Source of the DNA: Macrostomum lignano
Lineage: Eukaryota
Length of the DNA stretch: 64,000 nt
Assembly: GCA_002269645.1 (NCBI GenBank)
Contig: NIVC01001626.1
Coordinates: 1 to 64,000, forward strand
Reading direction: 5' to 3'
The notes below the pieces were generated by a model. It saw only the letters and a program-made list of their open reading frames with translations, was not told the origin of the DNA and made no database searches. Made by a program: the position numbers and the translations under genes. The first letter of the stretch is position 1. Each line of letters begins with the position of its first letter. Positions 27,370-41,090 of the stretch are shown here, piece by piece.

Positions 27370-28625
27370 TGTCTTCTCTCCTGTGTCTCCTGTCTCTCTT
27401 ACCTGTGTCTCCTGTGTCTCCTGTATCTCTTACCTGTGTCTCCTGTGCCTCCTGTATCTCTTACCTGTGTCTCCTGTGTCTCCTGTATCTCTTACCTGTG
27501 TCTCCTGTGTCTCCTGTATCTCTTGGCTGTGTCTCCTGTGTCTCTTACCTGTGTCTCCCGTGTCTCTTACTTGTGTCTCCTGTGTCTCTTACGTGTGTCT
27601 CCTGTATCTCTTACCTGTGTCTCCCGTGTCTCTTACCTGTGTCCCTGTGTCTCCTGTGTCTCTTACCTGTGTCTCCTGTGTCTCCTGTATCTCTTATCTC
27701 TCACCCCCTGTTGTCCTGCTGTCTCCTGTGCCTCCTGTATCTCTTACCTGTGCCTCCTGTATCTCTTACCTGTGTCCCTGTGTCTCCTGTGTCTCTTACC
27801 TGTGTCTCTTACCTGTCTCCTGTGTCTCTTACCTGTGTCTCCTGTATCTCTTACCTGTGTCTCCGGCTGTATCTCTTACCTGTGTCCCTGTGTCTCCTGT
27901 GTCTCTTACCTGTGTCCCTGTGTCTCCTGTGTCCTGTGTCCCTGCGCCTCCTGTATATCTTACCTGTGTCTCCTGTGTCTGGTACCTGTGTCTCCTGTGT
28001 CTGGTACCTGTGTCTCCTGTGTCTCTTACCTGTGTCTCCTGTGTCTCTTACCTGTGTCCCTGTGTCTCCTGTGTCCTGTGTCCCTGTGCCTCCTGTATCT
28101 CTTACCTGTGTCTCCGGCTGTATTTTTTACCTGTGCCTCTTGTATCCCTTACCTGTGTCACTGTGCCTCCTGTATATCTTACCTTTGTGTCTCCTGTGTC
28201 TGGTACCTGTGTCTCCTGTGTCTCTTACCTGTCTCCTGTGTCTCTTACCTGTGTCTCCCGTGTCTCTTACCTGTGTCTCCTGTGTCTCTTACCTGTCTCC
28301 CGTGTCTCTTACCTGTGTCTCCCGTGTCTCTTACCTGTGTCTCCTGTGTCTCTTACCTGTCTCCTGTGTCTCTTACTTGTGTCTCTTACCTGTGTCTCCT
28401 ATATCTTACCTGTGTCTCCTGTGTCTTGTACTTGTGTCTCCTATGTCTCCTGTGTCTTACCTGTGTCTCTTGCGTTTCTTGTGTCTCCTGTGCCTCCTGT
28501 GTCTTACCTGTGTCTTCTGTCTCCTGTGTTTTACCTGTGCTTTACCTGTACTGGAGTCCCCCAGTTTACCTGTGTCTCCTATGCCTCCTGTGGCTCTTAC
28601 CTGTGTCTACTGTGTCTGTTACCTC
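27370..28625 (+). repeat. Degenerate pyrimidine-rich minisatellite (TCTCTTACCTGTGTCTCCTGTG and variants)
   Basis: Visible directly. Confidence 0.92.
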
Positions 28626-29077
28626 TGTCTCTCACTCGCCCGCCCCTCCCCTTCCCCTACAGCAGCCAGCCGAAGCTGCAGTGGACGACGGCTGTCCTGA
28701 AGTTTCTCTTTACATTCAATTGCTACGACCGACAACGCAAGCCGGCAGAAATGCAAAGGGGCAGCACAGGAGTGTCCCGTTAGCAACAGCATGGCAACCT
28801 CAGTTTTTGTTTATCCGAACTGGCACACAATAGGGAAGTCCCCCTGCTAAGCCAGTTCGTTCCCGTCACGGCAAAGCCAAACACCTGAGAGCCCCAGTTT
28901 GGCATCTGCGCCCGGCAAGTTCAACTTTTTCACCCGACAGCCGCAGCGCTGGCGGAGAGCAGGCGGCAAACATGAAAAAGAGGGCCGCTGAAAGCCTCTC
29001 CGCATTCTGCTAGGAAAATTGCTGGGGCCTGGGCTGCCTAAGGAGGACTTGCTGAGCTGAGGGAATGCGGCGCTGAG

Positions 29078-29320
<243 letters not shown>

Positions 29321-29736
29321 ACTTTCCAATTTCCCCGGCAAAATCTGAGAGCATCACTAGCAAATGTTAGGCGCCCATACACACAGCCCGCATCTACCAT
29401 AAATATGGCCTTGAGAATGATTGATGACCAAGCAACGAGACTCTACACCAAGAACCACTTTAGACAAATTGGTCAAAAAACTTATAAATTGTTAAAAATA
29501 TTTGAAGGCGAAATTACGTTTCGCATTGCATTGGCGACATAGGAAGGTTTCGCTTGTGCCATTCTAAGACGTTTAGCACAGGTTATGTTTGCAGGCGGGC
29601 AGTTCAGAAGAAAATTTGAAGCCTACTGGCTACTACTAAAAGTAGCGAGTCCCTGTTCTCAACTTGAGCCGCCGTCTATTTTTGGCCAGCATCCTCCTGT
29701 CTATGGCAGTTTTGCCTCATCTTAACGGAGGATTCG

Positions 29737-30192
29737 ATGGCCGCACCGGTGCACCCGCTACTTTCTTGCGCAGCGCGCCGTCCGAAGACAGCTAGCGAGG
29801 CTGGCGCGGCCGCGTCCCGGGATGCCCTGCTCGCCCGCCGCCAAGCAGCAGCGCTCAGGCGCCATCGCGCCGTCACGGAGCGGCCAGAAGCAGCAAAAGC
29901 AGCTGCGGCAGAGTCGGCAGAAGCAGCCGCTACAGAAGCGGCACCGGCTGTCCAGCAGGAGAGGCTGCGAAATCTGCCCGATGCTCGGCGAAATCGACCT
30001 GGTCCGAAGGGTCATCGACTCGCGGACGACCGCCCACGAGATGACGCCGCGAATTTCGGCGGCAAGCATCGGGCGGAGGCAGCGGTCGGCCACTGGGGTT
30101 TCTGCGACTGGCGCGCCCTCCGGCTTTTGGTTGCGGGAGCGGCCGGTCTCGCAGCAGCAGCCTGCCAAGTAGGTCCAGGTGGCTTCTTGCAG
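29737..30192 (+). CDS. Possible coding exon of unknown product (Ala/Arg-rich N-terminus)
   Basis: GC-rich open frame starting MAAPVHPLL; no recognised motif, and frame and strand are not certain. Confidence 0.25.
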
Positions 30193-30220
30193 GTCTGTCT
30201 GTCTGTCTGTCTCTGTCTTA

Positions 30221-30905
<685 letters not shown>

Positions 30906-31204
30906 TTGTCTGCTATCGATCTCTGCATTTATTTATCTGAATGTCTATGAGACAATTGTGGCTCCAACCGTGAAGCCACAGAGCGTACACTACATGCCTG
31001 TACACCCTGTCTGAGCGTGTGGCTGCGTACAGAATCCACTTGCGCGCGCACTCAGGGGTCGGCGGAATGGGCATGACTGCCTGCCTCTTCAGATGGGTCG
31101 CAAACAGTACGAGAAGTTAAGCAGAGTAGGTCGCGGTTAGAAAGCAGCTGAACAGGTTTGAACATTACGTCTTACTAGCGACTTTGCCGAGAGCGGCAAA
31201 CTAA

Positions 31205-31330
31205 GCTGAGCTGCAGCTCACCCTGATGTGATTGGGCACCAGCTCTGAGCTGCAGCTCACCCTGTTGTGATTTGGCACCAGCTCTGAGCTGCAGCTCACC
31301 CTGCTGTGATTGGGCACCAGCTCTGAGCTC
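31205..31330 (-). repeat. 39-bp tandem repeat, about 3 copies, each containing AGG|GTGAGC on the minus strand
   Basis: Visible directly. Confidence 0.85.
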
Positions 31331-31587
31331 CGTTAGAAACGCAGGGTGGGAGTCGAGACACTCTCCGGCCTCAGCGCTGTAGCACCAAGAACTTCGATGT
31401 CCACAGATGAGGTTCCACAGCTCAGCGGTCAAGACATGCGGCAGACGCAGAGTAAAGACTCAGACAGCGGTGCTGGTTTATCGCGAGTTCGAATGTCAAT
31501 TTGATGCGAATTTATTCAGAGTTGCTCACACAGCTAGGAAGTCAGGAAGGTGCAATAGACTTTTTGCGTCGGGTATTCTTTACTCAG

Positions 31588-31845
31588 GCAAGCCAGAACC
31601 TCCTGCACTCCACGCGTCTCAGGTCCGCCAACAACCAGGTGGTGATCAGCCCTGCCAAGCAGCCCGCGAAGATGGCGCAGAGGCCGTCGAATGACAAAGC
31701 CGGGCTCGACACGAAGCAGCCGCCGACGAAGCAACTGGGCGGCATCATCAGCGTCTCCAAGCGGAACTGGAAGCAGGCAGAGCCGGCGGCAGCCGGAAGC
31801 AGCTCAGGAAAATCGGCCGGGAAAAGCGGCGTTGCACAGGACTGA
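31588..31845 (+). CDS. Possible terminal exon of an unknown gene
   Basis: TTTACTCAG acceptor, GC3-rich open frame (QNLLHSTRLRSANNQVVISPAK...) ending in TGA, then AT-rich sequence. Confidence 0.35.
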   Translation, partial: ASQNLLHSTRLRSANNQVVISPAKQPAKMAQRPSNDKAGLDTKQPPTKQLGGIISVSKRNWKQAEPAAAGSSSGKSAGKSGVAQD

Positions 31846-33281
31846 TTTTTTTATATCATTGTTTGTCCAGCTTGCAACAGATTTTGTTTTTCATTTAATT
31901 ATAACATTTCAAAAGATTGTAATTTGGGAAGCGCTGCATAACATTTCTATTTTTTGTATTGGTGTGTGCTGTCTTCTTTAAAACGGCCGCCATGTGCATG
32001 GGGGTGCCATCGTGGGCCCCAGCTTAGCTGATAAGGGGGGGGGGCATCATTTTTCCTGTCTTTTAGTGGGTCCGCGCCCCCCCCCCTTGCCACTCTAGCT
32101 GCGCCCACATCAATTCAGTGAAAATAATTAGTAGATAATGCTTTTCCAATTTTATTCTACGTACAATAATTGCACATGCCCTGTGCCTAAAATCAGTTAA
32201 AATGTCACGGTTGGCTCATTGGTTTTATTAATCTGTTTTATCAATCTTAGGTGACTCTAACAATGTGTAACAGAAAATAAAAAAAGATTCATAAAACCAA
32301 TGAATCGAGGTGTGCCATGCATTTTTATGATTTTTAGGTACAGGGAATTTATGTAGAATAAAAATTAACATAGAATTCCAGTTTTTTGAACAAAGAACTT
32401 TATTAGTATCAATAGAGCTATAAGAAAGGCACAGCATATCAAAAGATGAACACTGGATCTGCCTCCTATCGAGAGCAATAACAATTTCTGTGCTGAAAAA
32501 ATAAAAACTTCCCATCTCCGTAGTGTACTTTTTCGGAATACCTGAAAATTTTCCAAGAAACGAGGTTTCCCGTCCTTCCTCGAAATGGGAGTTGCGCCTG
32601 GGAGTTGCGCCTGCTCCCCTCGCACATACTTTTCGCTATCTGCCTAACCAGCCACCTTCATCTTTAATTGCTCAATGCCTTCAATGCCTCGGCTCCCATG
32701 TACGCCAGCCCCCCGTTCCTCCCGGCTCTTATCTATCTCTCCTTATAAATGTACGTTCAACACCCCCGCTTCTTATGGAAAAAAGTCAATTAATACTTAA
32801 TTGGCAAATTAGTTTATCTAGGCTCGCACAAGAGCTCTTTAGCCCCCCCCCCCTCGCATTCTCAGTAATTACGAGTACAACCAAACTTCAATTGAGCGTT
32901 TTCGTCTGTTCGCCTTCAATAGTGTATTCAAAAGTCACAACACGTAATATTAGCATGGCTGTGTGTTTTGGCGCACAAGCGGAGAAGAGAGAAAGGGGTG
33001 TAGAGCAGAAGTGGAATGGAGGCCAAAATGTGCATTGAAAGTGTACGCTTATTTTCCGTCGCAAACGTTCAATTAGAAAAATTGGCAAGAGTTCTCTGCC
33101 ACCACCTCTTGAAGCATACATATGCCTGCTTGCTAGCTAGATTTTGCAATTACTTGGCTCCAGACACTGATATTATAGCAGACCTGCTACTCGTCAAAAC
33201 TTACTCGGGCTGAGTCTCAGCCAGTCAGCCTCATCTTCATTCGAATGTCCGGTGAGGGATAATTTTTTCACAACTGCCTTC

Positions 33282-36200
33282 ATGAACGCTGCCGGTGCCA
33301 CTGCAGCGACCGCTCACAGACGTCAGCCAACTGAACAAGAGTTTCTGGTGGCGATTGCCTCTGGCGACATACAGCTCATTCTTCATGCGGTCCGGAAGTG
33401 ATTCACAGCTATTGATCAACTGACCGGCTTCACGGATGAGCGTGTTCGTCTGTCACCGCTGCATCTCGCCTGCTTGACTGGGCAGGTAGCAATGGTGGAC
33501 ATCCTGATCAAGGCGCAGGCGGATATCAATGTGGCAATGGACTTGGGCGAGACTCCTCTGTACTTGGCTGCGCAGAGTGGCAGCGGCAAGATTGTGAGAC
33601 TGCTCGTCAAGGCTCAAGCGGATGTCAATATTCAAGATGAGGACGGCGACTCCCCACTGCACGCCGCTTCGCAGGAGGGTCACCTGAAAGTCGTCGACTT
33701 TCTCATCCAGGCCAGTGCCAACGTCAATCTAAGTAACAAAAGGGGTATGACCCCTGTCTACATCGCATCTCAGCGAGGCAACTTTCAGGTTGTGGACTCG
33801 CTTATCAAAGCGCAAGCGGATGTCAATCACCAACCAGAACAGGCGGCAACGCCGCTGCACGTTGCATCACAGAATGGACAGCACTTGATGGTGCAGTCAC
33901 TCATCGAGGCCGGTGCGGAAGTGAATCTTCAGACAAAGCTTGGCGCAACTCCGATTTATGTTGCGTCATGTCACGGCTGCGTCAAAGTTGTCGACTTGCT
34001 GATCAAAGCTCGAGCTGATGTAAATCTGCCGATATACTCAGGACTTACACCGATTTACATTGCATCTGAGCAAGGTCATCATCTAGTGGTTCGGTCACTC
34101 ATTAAAGCCCGTGCCAAGTTAAGCATTCTGACAGAGACGGGCGAGTCGGCACTTCACGCTGCGTCGGTGAATGGTCACTGCAAAGTTGCCGACCTGCTTA
34201 TCGAAGCTCGGGCAGATGTCAATCTTCAAGAAATGACTCACTGCTCGCCTTTGTACATCGCATCACAATTCGGGCACACAAAAGTGGTGGAGTCTCTCAT
34301 AAAGGGCGATGCTAACGTAAACCTTCAGCGACCCACTGGAGAGTCGGCCCTGCACGCTGCTGCTCAAGGCGGCCACCACATGGTCGTCGTTTTGCTAATA
34401 CGTGCGGGCGCCAATGTCAACATTCAGCAAGCCACAGGAGAATCGCCGCTCTACATCGCAGCACAAAACGGGCACCGTCTGGTCGTGGATGCGCTAATCA
34501 AAGCGCGAGCCAGCGTAGATCTACCAAGGCGAAATGGTGAAACGCCTCTTGCCATTGCGTCCCAGTGTGGTCACCTTAAAATAGTGCGATCGCTCATCAG
34601 GGAGCGCGCAAATGTCGACCAACAGGACTCCTCGAGCGGCGCGACGGCCTTGTACCTGGCAGCTCAAAACGGTCACTGGGAAATTGTGGAGTCGCTTTTG
34701 AAGGTTCAGGCAGACACTATTTTGGCCAATACCGATGGGGTTTCTCCCCTGCTGGCTGCCTCGAGACATGGCCACCATCGCATCATTCGCTTGCTCATCG
34801 AAGCACAAACCGATGTTGATCAGCCAGATAGCAAAGGCTGCACGCCACTGTATATCGCCTCGCAAAATGGCCATCACCTGGCAGTGAAATTGCTGCTAAG
34901 CGCTAGAGCCAGTGTCGATACCCAAGTCAAGTCTGGCGCAACACCTCTGTACATTGCTTCACAGAACGGTCACGAAAAAGTGGTGACCTCGCTCCTTGAT
35001 GCGCAGGCCAATGTCAATCTCTGTACAGAAATGGGCAGCACGGCAGTGTACATAGCCGCTCAGAATGGTCACCTGGGCATCGTCAGCTGCCTGATCAAAG
35101 CTGGTGCAAATTTGAACGCCAAGAAGACAACCAATGTTTCTCCTCTGCACACCGCATCGCGGCATGGCCACTACATAATCGTCAAGGCACTCCTCGCAGC
35201 CGGAGCTGAATTGGATTGCACCGATGCGCAAGGCTGTTCGCCTGTGTATATGGCGTCAAAGAACGGTCACCTGGAGGCTGTCAAGGCTCTCGTCAGGGGC
35301 CAAGCGAATACTGATCTGTGCAGAGCCAGCGGTGAGTCGCCTCTGTACATAGCAGCAGGGTACGGTCACATTACAGTGGTTGAAGCGCTCATCAAAGCCC
35401 AAGCCAATGTCAATCTGCAACAGAATATTGGTGCAACGCCTCTGCTCATGGCGTCCCAAAACGGACATGACAAGGTCGTTCAGCTCCTCGTTGAGACTCA
35501 AGCCGATGTTGACGTTCCAATTAGAAATGGCATTTCGCCGCTCTACGCAGCTTCGCAACAAGGCCAAAATCAGGTGGTGAGACTCCTACTCAAGGCTAAA
35601 GCCTTGGTTGATCATCAACGGCTAACCGGAGAGTCCTCACTGTACGTCGCGTCCAAAAATGGCCACCACGAGGTGGTGAACTCGCTGCTCAAGGCCGGGG
35701 CAGACGCCAGTCTTCTCACTATCACGGGTTCGTCGGCGATACAAATTGCGTCGGAAAACGGGCACTGGAAAATTGTAGAGCTGCTTGAGGCCCATCTTAT
35801 TGAGCAGTTTCCCCGCGGAAAAGGCAGCAGCAACATTGTTCGGAGCGGCAGAGCTCCATTGAATTCTTTAGCAATTGCGACCAATCTTCGGTGAGTTTTG
35901 AAGAGGCCACTAAGTTCATGGGTTCAGCTTCAGCAATACTTAAGAAAGTAATGTATATCATTTCAGATGCCCTTCAAGCGACAGCGAACTGAGTGAGCAG
36001 CTTCACTCCATGCTCACCAGGGCCGGTTTTGTGCAATCCAGAGCCGCCCTGCAGAGTGCAGTTGCCGATGCTTTGCAAGACATTCTGCAGCGCAGGATAC
36101 ATGGTGGAGTCTACGTTGTTGGCAGCTACTCCGAGGGCTGGGGCAACAGTTTGACCAGCCTGAATGGCAAAATGATGTCGAGTCTGACATTGACGTGATG

Positions 36201-37930
36201 CAGCTAATCGCGGGCAGATTGTACCATCTGAAGAACTCGTGTCACTGCGATTCCATGGAGGCGGAACAGCTGGATTACACTAATGGACACATTTTTTGCT
36301 CCGGATTCGGTAAGATTTTTTGTTTATTTTTCCTGTTTGTCTCTTCATAGTTTCTTAGGACTGTATTCCCAGCCTTTCATCTGAAAGCCAAATATTCCCC
36401 TTAACAAAAAATTTACAGCATCAAGTCCGGCAGCATCAACAGTGGGGTCGTCCTTGAGGCCCGCGACTGACCGTGTCTCCGCCTGTCGCGTCTGCTCTTA
36501 CCCAGCCATCGGTCCAACTTGTCCTGCTAGGGTCGCCAAGTTCAACCTGACCAAGTCCGTGCTGCGCTCACTCCGCAACGATGTGGCCTCGACGCCCTGT
36601 CACGTGGTGCACGCGGCTCCTCCGAATCAAGCAGGCCAGCAACTCCGCGTGAGCACCACATTTCTGGAGAAGCGTCTCCTGCGGAGCCTCAATACAGTGC
36701 AGGGCCAGCTGTTTGTTACACTGAAGTACTTGATAAAGAAGGTTATCGGCCGCAAAGTGAAGGGTCTGAAGGCCTATCATGCTAAGACCATCACGTTCCG
36801 AATGCTGGAGGAGACTAAACCAGACCGTTGGCATGAGCGAAATCTTGTGAGCCTCACCAGAGACTCGCTGCAGATGCTACTAGATAATGTGAATAGTAGC
36901 TGTACTGATGGCAGTACGGACGGTAGGATTATGGAGCATTTCTTCCTGCAAGACGCAGCCTTGTATCTCAAAGGTGCTGACGGATGCACTGCTCAGGATG
37001 TTGCACATGTATTGAGAGACGTCATTGCGGATTTGCCTGAGCTGCTAAGGCAATTCGTGGGCACTCTGGGAACTGTGGGTGGCATGGACAGATTCCAGTT
37101 TCATCCGTTCCAGATTTTGCCATTTATTTTCCACAAAAAAATTGAGCAATATTGTGAGTACCTCGATTATCACGAAATTTTCGACGCGGTTTATGACAGT
37201 CTGCTGCAGTTGAACTCCCATGACGGCAGCTGCGATACGCGAGGGACGCTCCTTGCCCAGATCAGCCGCCTGCCCGACTGCGCTCGCTCAGCACGAGAGG
37301 CGCTTAAAGCGCTGACTTTCTTGAAGTTCGGAGATCGAGACGAAGCAATGATTGTGCTGCACGACTGCAGAGACCACAGGGTGAACAGAGGCATCGCATG
37401 GTCCACGGAGAGGCTGGTGACTGACGCGACAGTAAAGTTTGTTTGGCAGCATCTCAGGGACTGCGACTCCGCCTGGAGGTTCTGCTTCAACTTTTCCGAT
37501 CGCCCTCCGACTCTAACATTTCTGCCGGCCTTTCTGGCAGAGAGCTTTCCCATGCAGACAGAGTATTACGTAACAAACTATTTCGCCAACTTCGATGCAC
37601 TGCTGCACGCTCTGCGAATTGAACTGCTGCCGTGGGACGCGAACGCTCAACTCTGGATCCGGTCGGTAGCTGAGAGAGCGGACGCGGACGTGCAGGAGCT
37701 CGTGCTCGGCGCCGGGTACTGCAATGACGACGCTATGGCTTCGAGGCTTGTGAAGAAAGTTCACGAGCAGCGGCGAGCGTTTCACCCTCGTCTGGTCGAG
37801 GAGTTTCACCGGAAAGTTTCAGGTAAGCAAAAATGCGGCTTTTTTCAATCGGTGGGAAAGGAGACGTGAGTTTTCAAAATCCCAAACTCGACCGTAAGTG
37901 CTTCGCCTCGTTTTAGGCCGCAGTCTATGA
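33282..37930 (+). CDS. Ankyrin-repeat (24 repeats) plus Mab-21/cGAS-like nucleotidyltransferase (cGLR-type) protein; exons 33282-35890, 35967-36309, 36419-37822, 37917-37930; as assembled has an in-frame TGA (33399-33401) and a 1-nt frameshift (36169-36172), so it may be a pseudogene
   Basis: 24 T/SPLH/YxA-type ankyrin motifs at ~33-aa spacing. NTase motifs: VVGSYSEG (36115-36138), SDIDVM (D at 36186 and 36192), third Asp in TDRVSA (36469). Mab-21 motifs: LRVSTTFLEKRLL, LKAYHAKT, HFFL..A.LYL. Phase-compatible GT-AG introns of 76, 109 and 94 bp; the last short exon is tentative. Confidence 0.88.
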
Positions 37931-38767
37931 AGTGACGAAGACATGCAACTGGAGCCATGGAAGTCGGGACTACAAATTTTGTTTTGTGAAAGGCTAACGA
38001 TGCTGCGAGTGACATAAAAAATGAAATATGGAATTGAGTGGCATATCGTAAATATATTTTTTTACTTTTTTGTTTACGCTCGTAACAGCCGTTTATCAGT
38101 GAGAGCTTCAGGCACCGGTTTGCACCCCTTGACAGGACACTGAGAACTACGAGACAAGAGAAGTTTAGTTCCACATGTCTTGGAAGTGAGGAAGCGGTAG
38201 AGAGTGGGAGAGAAGGTGAGAGAGGAAGATAGAAGGGCAGTGAGAGTAAGGGAGGGAGAGAGCAGGTGAGAGGCTGAGGCTGGTACTCATACAAGTGAGT
38301 CACATTACTTACTTCGTTACCTCAATGCGCAAGTGATGCGGCTGGTGAATGGTGAATTGTGAATGGCTAGTCTACCTACCCTACCCTATAGTTTCTGTTG
38401 CTGACACTGGGAATTCAACCTTCAGATCTCCAAGCCAGAGAATTACTCCAGCTGTTCAACTCAACTCAAACCAAATAGCGCTCATATGTAAAACACCTTT
38501 AGAATCAAGTCTGTTTAATGCGATGCCACTCTTCATATTTATATTTTATACGAAAAGTTCGTGTTTTAAAAACGAGAAAAAGGCTAAAAACATGCAAATT
38601 CTATTTTATCTACTGTACCTACTATATCTACTACGAGCATGTAGTGACAAACTAAATATATTGCAGAAACATGTCACGTAGATGGACATGAACACATTGA
38701 ATAAAAGTGGCCTTTTTGATATTGTTTGCCGAATTTTTTAGTGCATCGTCCTGCGTTCAAAAATCGT

Positions 38768-39035
38768 CTTTGGGTGCGTGCAAAAGGAGGGACCGTGGAC
38801 CATGCGTGCAAAAGGAGCGACCGTGGACCATGCGTGCAAAAGGAGCGACCGTGGACCATGCGTGCAAAAGGAGGGACCGTGGACCATGCGTGCAAAAGGA
38901 GCGACCGTGGACCATGCGTGCAAAAGGAGGGACCGTGGACCATGCGTGCAAAAGGAGCGACCGTGGACCATGCGTGCAAAAGGAGGGACCGTGGACCATG
39001 CGCGCAAAAGGAGGGACCGTGGACCATGCGTGCAT
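38768..39035 (+). repeat. 28-bp minisatellite (GCAAAAGGAGSGACCGTGGACCATGCGT), about 9.5 copies
   Basis: Visible directly. Confidence 0.95.
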
Positions 39036-39124
39036 GAGAATCGACCAACGGACTATATGTTTAGCAGTGTTAAATAGCAATAATTTAAGCAGTTTAAGAT
39101 ATGCATGGCTTATGTATTTAAATA

Positions 39125-40086
39125 CTTCGGGTGTGTCATAAGTAATGTCACTGCAGGCTTCTGTCTAAAATATGTAGGCACATGGACTTGTGGGTAGTGT
39201 AGCTGCAAAGTATACTTAGTGAAGCAATACCAGTGCATTTGAGACGTGCATAGGTTGTTTATGGCCCAAGCTATCGCAAGAATACGCCAAGCAGATTTAG
39301 CAAGTGCAACGCGATGAAAAATCGTCTATGCACCGAACAAAAATCACCATGAATCTCGACAAGACGCCTGCATCAAGCAGATCCGCAAGGTGTTCAGCAG
39401 GCGGGGCTTGAATGACATCCTAAACTGCCTGGTTGCTGAGGATGAAAGCTGGCTCCACCTGGATGGCAAGGGCAGCAAGGCAGACAATCGCTGCTGGTTG
39501 GGAGCTGAGGACTCCAGGCCGATGGTGACTAGGAAGTCCATCTTGGACAAGAAGACCATGCTGCTGGTAGCCTTCACGCCAAATGAACGAGTCTCCATCT
39601 GCACAACTCCACCGAACACCAAAGTCGATGGCCAGTATTTTATCGACTTTGTCCGGCACACTGGGGACCTCTGGCGCAATCTCCGGTCAAATCCATGTCA
39701 CCTGGACGAGGTTCTGTGGCAGATGGACACCGCACGGCTGCACACCTGAAGGCTGTTTCGAATTTTCTGCCTGCACGGCGAGTGAATATGCTCTGACAGA
39801 GTCCCTACAGCCCAGACTTCAACTTGTGCAAGAGATTCCTGTTCAAATGGCTGAAGGCTGACTTTTCCAAGAAGAGTTTCGCAAACCATGAAGAGGTAAA
39901 ACAGGCTGCGTTGTCCTGGTTGAAGGAAAAACACCTGTAGGCTGAGGTGAACAAGCTGTATGAGCACTGCCAGAGGGTGATTGATATTGGGGGACTCTAT
40001 GTTGTTGAGTGGTACAGTTTTGTTCATCTGTGATTGCAAGTTCGTCTGTTTTCACATCAGTGACATTACTTATGACACACCCGAAG
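39125..40086 (+). mobile_element. Defective, internally deleted mariner-type transposon (962 bp)
   Basis: Perfect 29-bp TIRs CTTCGGGTGTGTCATAAGTAATGTCACTG (39125-39153 and 40058-40086) with TA TSD. Transposase remnants AEDESW, KKTMLLV, QMDTARLH and PYSPDFNLC, with stops and frameshifts. Confidence 0.93.
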
Positions 40087-40902
40087 TACGAGCTACTACT
40101 GCAGAAAACACTATTGCAGCTGTGTAACGTATTTGCGCTTATCTGGCACCCGATCAGCAGCCAAGATCAATAGCAATAACAGACCTTCTTTCAGACACTC
40201 TGCTTCTTCACTAACGCTGCAGGTTCACTCCTTCGAATCTGTGTGAACAAATTGCTGGTCTCTCTTCAGAACTGCCCTTGACAGTCGCAGTCCAAGACGC
40301 ATCAAATTGTCTGGAGAATTTCAGCAACAATAATTTGGCTTATTGAAGTGAACAACATTTTAAGAGAAGAATTGGTATAAATTACTTTTTAGGCTGCTAC
40401 TTCGGCTGTTGAAAGTCACCTGGCTGACATCCAGTCCAGTTAATAAGTTTTAGTATCTCTTTTTTTGCATTTTTTAGGAAATACCTTTGAGTAGCCTAAT
40501 AGCTTGAGTTCCGATTTCAACGAATTGAAAGCATTGTAGTGACCTTCGCGAACTTTCCCGATCATTGTACTATTAAATATTCTACGCCTTTCCTGAAATT
40601 TCCATCAAGTTCACAACATTATTCCTACACCGTTTAGGCATAGTAAATTATTAATTTACATGAATTCTTGTACTGTAACGCTTAGTCACTATTTGAACAA
40701 TACGTACATCAACTTAGTTTTGTTATAACGATGCGCGTTTTTCCAGAACCTTCCGGAAACCCCAATTTCATCTATAAATACACGAAACCAGAAATGCAAT
40801 TATTTTAAGCCTTTTCAATCACTCGATTGACTCAAACAACAGAGCATTCAACTGCTAAACCTTTTCAGCATCATCGAGAGACTTGCAGTCGTCACAGATT
40901 CG

Positions 40903-41090
40903 AGGGTTAGGGTTAGGGTTAGGTAGGAGAGAATGAAGTGCAGTACCGGCGGATTAGACTCCAAGGTCCCAGTTGGCAGACGAGAGAGAGTATGACAGGG
41001 TGAAGGGATAGTCTTTATGGTTGGATATGATGGTTAGGATTAGGTTCTTAGGGAATTAGGGTTAGAGTTTAGGTTAGGGTTAGGATTGGG
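40903..41090 (+). repeat. Two short telomere-like (TTAGGG) tracts (40903-40926 and ~41057-41088)
   Basis: GAGGGTTAGGGTTAGGGTTAGG and GGGTTAGAGTTTAGGTTAGGGTTAGG. Confidence 0.6.

Noticed and set aside
33399-33401. Selenocysteine reading of the in-frame TGA
   Set aside because: No SECIS identified, and the position is not a redox-type Cys site; a nonsense change or error is simpler
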